In this document: piece by piece, positions 58,843 through 64,000 of the stretch
How positions within the stretch are numbered: position 1 is the first letter of the stretch
Layout of the letters: each line of letters opens with the position of its first letter
NCBI GenBank assembly: GCA_039801245.1
Contig: JBDRUF010000001.1
Span: 170 to 64,169, forward strand
DNA length: 64,000 bases
Direction of reading: 5' to 3'
Source: a candidate division WOR-3 bacterium
GTDB lineage: Bacteria; Hydrothermota; Tepidihabitantia; Tepidihabitantales; Tepidihabitantaceae
Position numbers and translations under genes: made by a program
The notes under the pieces: model-generated
What the model saw: the letters and a program-made list of their open reading frames with translations, nothing else
Databases searched by the model: none
What the model was told of the DNA's origin: nothing

Positions 58843-59310
58843 GTGATATTAAAGGCGCATAACGTTCTTATCTATCTCGTGGTATTTTTGTTAGTTTCAC
58901 TAAGCGGCTGTGGCGGAAAAAAGGAAAGGCGCTTGCCCTCAAAGGAGAAAAAGGAGGTTTTGGGTCTTGATATCAAAGGGAATAGAATCTGGGCAGAGGT
59001 TGTGAGGAAGGAGGAGGAGAGGATCCAGGGTTTGATGTTTCGGACCCATCTCGGCTCGGATTCGGGGATGCTTTTTGTTTTCGAAAATGATGAGACCTTA
59101 AGTTTCTGGATGAAGAACACCTATATCCCACTTGCCATCGCCTTTATTGATTCAACGGGCATCATCACCGACATCCTTGAGATGCAACCGCTTGATACTT
59201 TAAGCCGTTACCGTTCATCAAGGCCGGTGCGTTATGCCCTTGAGGTAAATTCGGGCTGGTTTTTCTCTCGCAATATTAAACCCGGTGACACCGTTTGTGG
59301 GATAAAGTGA
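58843..59310 (+). CDS. DUF192 (ACR/COG1430) lipoprotein
   Basis: GTG start; lipobox LVSLSGCG. Conserved GMLFVF...FWMKNTYIPLAIAFID and PGDTV. The ORF-table start overlaps glyS. Confidence 0.5.
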   Translation: MILKAHNVLIYLVVFLLVSLSGCGGKKERRLPSKEKKEVLGLDIKGNRIWAEVVRKEEERIQGLMFRTHLGSDSGMLFVFENDETLSFWMKNTYIPLAIAFIDSTGIITDILEMQPLDTLSRYRSSRPVRYALEVNSGWFFSRNIKPGDTVCGIK

Positions 59311-59542
59311 TTTCAGCCGCCAATAGATAAGGCTGAGGATAAGATTTGCTGGCTGAAATCTTTAAGCCTTTATTTAACAATATGTTAGCAAAATGGCAAT
59401 TTGGGGATGGGGTAGGTCCACTCCACCATCCCGGGGTTGGTTATGGCCAGAGGCTGAATTGGAGGGGTGATTGGCGATTTGCAGATGGTATCTTTGCTTG
59501 ACATAGGGTGGTAATCAGGTTATGTTAATAGGAGAGGAAAGA

Positions 59543-60862
59543 TTGAAGGCTCGCTCAGTTCTTTATCATCTTTCGGCACTGGTGCTCTTTGCCGGCTGCG
59601 CCTATTTCAATACCTTTTACAATGCCCAGGTATATTACCGTGAGGGGATGATGTTAAAGGAGAGGGGGCAGGCGGGTCTGGCAAAGCCAAAGTTTGACAA
59701 GGCGATTGAAAAGTCGGCACTGGTGATTTCCCGGTGGCCTAAGTCAAGATGGGTTGATGATGCCCTTTTTCTGATCGGTAGGGGTTATTATGAAAAGGGG
59801 GAGTTTGGCAGGGCTGCCAGGTCTTTTGAGCAGTTGGAACTGGCTTTTCCCAATTCCCCATTTTTGCCCGAGGCAACCTTTTACCGCGGGATTGCCCTGA
59901 TAAAGGATGGGAATACTGGCACTGGCAGGCTGGTTTTGGAGCGGGTGAAGCAGGCTTATCCTAAGTTCCGGGACGCAGCCAGTTTTCACCTTGCCATGAT
60001 TGCCCTGGAGCGGGGTGATGACCAGGAGGCGGTTGATTCTCTTAAAAATTTTGTCCAGCGTTTTCCGAAATCAAGATATTACCGGGAGGCGGTAAGGCAG
60101 CTTGCTGAGGGCTGTTTACGGCTCGGTAACTATGCCCTTGCCGAGGTCTGGTTTAACCGCTATGCCCAGATTGAGACCGATGCCCGCAAAAGGGCAGAGG
60201 CAAAACTGAAGATTGCCCTCTGTCGGCTTGCCGAGGAAAGATATGATGATGTCTTGAAGATGGTTCGTGATGTTTTGGGCAGATATTCGGAACTTGATGG
60301 TGAGTTCAACCTGTTGGCGGGCAAGGCGTATACGGGAATGGGAAGGCACAATGAGGCACTCGCAGCCTTTGCCCAGGTGCGCAGTAACAATGCAAACGGT
60401 GCTGAGGCGGCATTTATGATTGGCAAATATTACGAGGAAAACAAGGATTTCGAAAGGGCAATGGTTTATTATGACAGTGCTAAGCAAAGGCGGGCGGAGT
60501 CTGAGTACGGGGTTCTGGCAACCAAGCGGCTCGCACTTTTGGAGGCAATTATCAGGGACACGCTGCGCAGCCGTACGCCTGCGGAGACGAGGTTTCTTCT
60601 TGCTGAGGTGCATGCTCTAAATCTGGGTGAATATGACAACGCGATGGCGATTTATCAACAGGTCTACGACTCGTTTCCCAATACTGAATGGGCACCAAAG
60701 GCGCTGTTTGCCAAGGCATGGATTTTAATGCGGATAAAGCAGGACTCTCTTGCTGGCGCCGAGGTGCTGAAAAAGATTGTTGCCGAATACCCAAAAACCG
60801 AATATGCGGATGAGTCCAGGCGGCTTCTGGGTTTGATGTCCTCTGAGGAAAAAAAGAGGTGA
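59543..60862 (+). CDS. TPR-repeat outer-membrane lipoprotein (BamD-like)
   Basis: TTG start after aggagagg. Lipobox LFAGC followed by AYFNTFYNAQ and multiple TPRs. The ORF-table ATG at 59522 coincides with a promoter-like TTGACA-17-TATGTT. Confidence 0.5.
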   Translation: MKARSVLYHLSALVLFAGCAYFNTFYNAQVYYREGMMLKERGQAGLAKPKFDKAIEKSALVISRWPKSRWVDDALFLIGRGYYEKGEFGRAARSFEQLELAFPNSPFLPEATFYRGIALIKDGNTGTGRLVLERVKQAYPKFRDAASFHLAMIALERGDDQEAVDSLKNFVQRFPKSRYYREAVRQLAEGCLRLGNYALAEVWFNRYAQIETDARKRAEAKLKIALCRLAEERYDDVLKMVRDVLGRYSELDGEFNLLAGKAYTGMGRHNEALAAFAQVRSNNANGAEAAFMIGKYYEENKDFERAMVYYDSAKQRRAESEYGVLATKRLALLEAIIRDTLRSRTPAETRFLLAEVHALNLGEYDNAMAIYQQVYDSFPNTEWAPKALFAKAWILMRIKQDSLAGAEVLKKIVAEYPKTEYADESRRLLGLMSSEEKKR

Positions 60863-60869
60863 GCCCGGG

Positions 60870-61622
60870 GTGAACTTCAAGGTAAGGGTAGCAGAGGTAA
60901 GCTGGTTGACACAGGAGGTTGTTTCGGTGTGGGTGGAGGCACCAGATGTAACAGGAAAGACAAAGCCGGGTCAGTTTTTTGGGGTGAAGGTAAACAAAAG
61001 AGGGGATTTGCTCTTGCGGCGTCCGCTATCTGTTGCGGATGTGAGGGGCGATTTTTTGCGGTTTATTTTTAAGGTTGTGGGGAAGGGGACCGTCGAATTG
61101 AGCAGAACAAAACCGGGTGATGGATGGGATGTTCTTGGTCCCTTGGGCAAGCCGGCACCCATATTTAAAGGAAGGGATGTGGTGGTTTGTGGTGGTGGTG
61201 TTGGTGCTGCCCCACTTCTGTTTTTAACAAGGGTCCTAAAAGAAAAAAACCGGGTGAATGTAATTTTAGGAGCAAAAACAGCCTCGGAGTTGATTTTGGT
61301 CAATGATTTTCGGCGGCTGAAGGTAAAGGTCATACTCGCAACCGATGATGGCAGTGCTGGTGAAAAAGGGTTCGTTACCCAACCGGCTATGAGGGCAATC
61401 AAAACCTTATTAAAGCCGGTTGTCTTTGCCTGCGGTCCGAGATCAATGCTTAAGTTTCTGATGGAGAATGTTGACCAGGTGCCGGTATGGGGGTTTCTTG
61501 AGGAAAGGATGGGGTGCGGGGTTGGGATTTGCTACTGTTGTGCGGTTGAGAGGAGGGAAGGAGGCTATCTCAGGCTTTGTAAGGATGGTCCGGTGGTGTT
61601 CTTGAACGAGGTGAGATTATGA
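60870..61622 (+). CDS. pyrK: Dihydroorotate dehydrogenase electron transfer subunit
   Basis: FAD/NAD-binding fold and the C-terminal 2Fe-2S cluster CGVGICYCC. Confidence 0.8.
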   Translation: MNFKVRVAEVSWLTQEVVSVWVEAPDVTGKTKPGQFFGVKVNKRGDLLLRRPLSVADVRGDFLRFIFKVVGKGTVELSRTKPGDGWDVLGPLGKPAPIFKGRDVVVCGGGVGAAPLLFLTRVLKEKNRVNVILGAKTASELILVNDFRRLKVKVILATDDGSAGEKGFVTQPAMRAIKTLLKPVVFACGPRSMLKFLMENVDQVPVWGFLEERMGCGVGICYCCAVERREGGYLRLCKDGPVVFLNEVRL

Positions 61623-62518
61623 AGGGTGAGGTGGTTGTTGGGGGTGTAAGGTTTGCCAATCCGGTTCTTGCCGCATCCGGGACATTCGGTTATGGAGTTG
61701 AGTTTAAGGGCATTGCCAACCGCTTGGGTGGAATTGTGACCAAGGGGGTGACATTAGAAGAGAGGGCGGGGAATCCACCACCAAGGATTGCTGAGGTTCC
61801 GAGCGGGATAGTGAATTCGGTAGGGCTGGAGAACCCCGGGCTTATCAAATTTAAAAGGCAAATCCTGCCGAAACTGAAAAAAATTAAGACCCGGATTCTG
61901 GTGAATGTTGCCGGGTTCGAGGTGGATGAGTTCATCCGTTTGGCTGAAGGGCTGGAGGAGGAAAATATTGATGGCTTGGAGTTGAACCTTTCCTGTCCGA
62001 ATGTAAGTGAGGGTGGAGCGGTTTTTGGCCAAACTCCCCAGAAGGTTGAGGAGATAACGAGAGCGGTGAGAAAAAGGACAAAGAAACTCCTTGTGGTGAA
62101 ATTGACCGCCAATTTTGTCGACCCAAGAGAGACGGCAAAGGCAGCAGAGGCTGCAGGTGCAGATGCGGTAACGGTGATCAACACATTGTACGGATTGATT
62201 CTTGATGATAATGGCAGACCCTTCTTGGGAGGTAGAACCGGGGGGATTTCCGGTCCGGCGATAAAACCTTTTGCCCTGTTTTGCGTTGACCGGGTTGCCG
62301 CGGCAGTTAAAATACCGGTGATCGGGTGTGGCGGAATAATAAGCGGCAGGGATGCATTTGATTTTCTTTGTGCCGGTGCCAGGCTGGTTCAGGTTGGTTC
62401 TGCCAATCTGACTGCACCGAACGGAGCACTGCGGGTCTTGCAGGAGTTAAAAATTATTATCTCGGAAAAGAGGATTAAGGGATGGGAAAGTATTGTGGGA
62501 ACAGCAAGGAGAGGGTGA
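61619..62518 (+). CDS. pyrD: Dihydroorotate dehydrogenase (class 1B) catalytic subunit
   Basis: NPVLAASGTFGYG, NLSCPN and GCGGI motifs. Confidence 0.9.
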   Translation: MKGEVVVGGVRFANPVLAASGTFGYGVEFKGIANRLGGIVTKGVTLEERAGNPPPRIAEVPSGIVNSVGLENPGLIKFKRQILPKLKKIKTRILVNVAGFEVDEFIRLAEGLEEENIDGLELNLSCPNVSEGGAVFGQTPQKVEEITRAVRKRTKKLLVVKLTANFVDPRETAKAAEAAGADAVTVINTLYGLILDDNGRPFLGGRTGGISGPAIKPFALFCVDRVAAAVKIPVIGCGGIISGRDAFDFLCAGARLVQVGSANLTAPNGALRVLQELKIIISEKRIKGWESIVGTARRG

Positions 62519-63231
62519 TGACAAAACTGATTTTGGCTTTAAATGTAGAAGATGCACAACAGGCGCTGGGATTGTTAGGAGAGATTGGTAATCAGGTTGA
62601 TTTTTACAAGATTGGTATCGACCTCTGGGCAAAAACTGGTCCGGGGTTGATTAAAGAGTTTGTTTCCCAGGGGGCAAAGGTTTTTCTGGATTTAAAGTTT
62701 GCCGATATTCCTTCGGTTGTTGCCAAGGCGGTGGCGGCGGTAACCGAACTTGGGGTCAAGATGCTAACCGTTCATGCAATGGGAGGCGCGGAGATGCTAT
62801 ACGCCGCCAATAAAGCGGCAAAGGAAACCGCTGAAATGAAGGGGGTAGAGAAACCGGTTGTTCTTGGGGTAACAGTTTTAACAAGCCTTGACCGGGCAGG
62901 TTTGACTCAGATTACTGGCTGTTCCCAGGAGGTTGAGACTCGGGTTCTGGCACTGGCGGAACTGGCACAGAGTATGGGCTGTGATGGGGTTGTTGCCTCA
63001 CCGATGGAAATCAGGCAGATTAAGAAAAGGTGCGGTTCGAGGTTTATTGTAGTCACACCCGGTATTAGGTTAGGAGGGGCCAGATTAGGCGATGACCAGC
63101 AGCGTGTTATGACGCCTGCCCAGGCGGCAGAGGCTGGTGCCGATTACATTGTTGTTGGTAGACCGATATACGAAGCCCCCGATCCACTTGCGGCAATCAG
63201 AGAGATTAGAGAAAGGTTAGGTGGTAAATGA
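62518..63231 (+). CDS. pyrF: Orotidine 5'-phosphate decarboxylase
   Basis: LILALNV and VFLDLKFADIP motifs. ATGA overlap with the pyrD stop. Confidence 0.85.
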   Translation: MTKLILALNVEDAQQALGLLGEIGNQVDFYKIGIDLWAKTGPGLIKEFVSQGAKVFLDLKFADIPSVVAKAVAAVTELGVKMLTVHAMGGAEMLYAANKAAKETAEMKGVEKPVVLGVTVLTSLDRAGLTQITGCSQEVETRVLALAELAQSMGCDGVVASPMEIRQIKKRCGSRFIVVTPGIRLGGARLGDDQQRVMTPAQAAEAGADYIVVGRPIYEAPDPLAAIREIRERLGGK

Positions 63232-63809
63232 TGGAAGCGGAATTGGGTGATTTGCTAAAGAGATATCAGGTGCTACGGGAGGGGCATTTTCTTTTAACAT
63301 CAGGAATGCACTCCGACCGTTATTTTGAGAAATTTAGGATTCTGGAACAGCCAAAACTTTGTGAGCGGTTTGCCCAGGCTCTTGCCACGCATTTCCAGTC
63401 GCAGGGGATAACGGTAGTTTGTGGACCAACTACTGGGGGGGTGATTGTTGCTTATGAGGTGGCAAGGCAGTTAGAATGTCGGTGCATAATCGCTGAAAAA
63501 GGAGAAAGGGGAAGGAAAATTGGGAGGGGGTTTGTTGTTGAGGAGACGGACCGGGTGTTGGTGGTGGATGATGTGATGACTACCGGTGGTTCAATAAGGG
63601 AGACGCTTGCAGCACTGGAGGAAATACAGGCTAAGATTGTGGGTATTGGCGTTTTTATAGACCGCAGTGTCGGGGTTGACTTTTCAGTTCCGTTTTATAG
63701 CGTCTATAAAGAGCCGGTTAGAAATTACGAGTCCGATAAATGTCCGCTTTGCAAAAAAGGGGTTCCTCTTGAGGTACCGGGCAGAAGCGGTAAGAAAGTT
63801 GGTGGCTAA
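63228..63809 (+). CDS. pyrE: Orotate phosphoribosyltransferase
   Basis: PRTase motif VLVVDDVMTTGGSI. 4-nt overlap with pyrF. Confidence 0.8.
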   Translation: MMEAELGDLLKRYQVLREGHFLLTSGMHSDRYFEKFRILEQPKLCERFAQALATHFQSQGITVVCGPTTGGVIVAYEVARQLECRCIIAEKGERGRKIGRGFVVEETDRVLVVDDVMTTGGSIRETLAALEEIQAKIVGIGVFIDRSVGVDFSVPFYSVYKEPVRNYESDKCPLCKKGVPLEVPGRSGKKVGG

Positions 63810-63892
63810 AGTTGACAGGAGCGATAGCATGGATATAAATTAATGTTGAAGGCAATTTTAAAAATAAAAAGGAGGAAAGCAGATGAAAGCAG

Positions 63893-64000
63893 CAGTTAAA
63901 ATCACAACCATTTTGATGGGCATTGCTTTTGTGCTCATTCTTGTTGGTTGCCCAAAGAAGTGCGTGAAACCGGTTGCTGAAGAACCGGTGGTGGTGGAGC
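63893..64000 (+). CDS. Putative lipoprotein, 3'-truncated at window edge
   Basis: aaaggagg RBS. MKAAVKITTILMGIAFVLILVGC lipobox. Confidence 0.3.

Overview
About 64 kb of bacterial chromosome at roughly 50% GC, gene-dense on both strands and almost entirely housekeeping. Two proteins end in T9SS-type C-terminal sorting domains, two are tandem GWxTD paralogues and one is a HAF-repeat protein. Together with Kor-type ferredoxin oxidoreductase genes this points to an uncultivated member of the FCB-group or a related candidate phylum. This placement is inference.

Identified genes, in order:
- a 5'-truncated asparaginase
- a four-gene 2-oxoacid:ferredoxin oxidoreductase operon (delta, alpha, beta, gamma)
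- grpE-dnaK-dnaJ-rsmE
- rpsU-mutS2-dnaG-rpoD, followed by a phosphoesterase, rsmI, a CDP-alcohol transferase and hflX
- minus strand: rho-rpmE-prfB-ferredoxin, where prfB carries its canonical +1 programmed frameshift
- gap-pgk-tpiA-secG-rplU, then tRNA-Val(CAC)
- lgt and a comFC-like gene
- an M23 peptidase
- an apbE operon
- prfA-prmC-nadK-pgsA
- minus strand: a ThiC-family, PSP1 and GWxTD operon
- glyS
- pyrK-pyrD-pyrF-pyrE

Things worth a second look:
1. A 945-aa protein that fuses an HExxH peptidase and a TolB-like propeller to an Omp85-type barrel.
2. A roughly 450-bp non-coding region upstream of grpE that is packed with TCAGGG/CCCTGA motifs and perfect palindromes, with no hrcA or CIRCE.
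3. A minimal MNT/HEPN toxin-antitoxin cassette flanked by perfect 33-bp direct repeats at the 3' end of an HTH gene.
4. A roughly 340-bp GC-rich structured non-coding block, a possible ncRNA.
5. A HAF-repeat T9SS protein whose signal peptide is out of frame at an A6 homopolymer.
6. The ApbE / radical SAM / NusG_II / Gx-transporter operon.
7. A ThiC-family gene embedded between PSP1/GWxTD genes and an aminotransferase with no TPP riboswitch.

Coordinates I derived by hand (tRNA, promoters, repeats) may be off by 1-2 nt.
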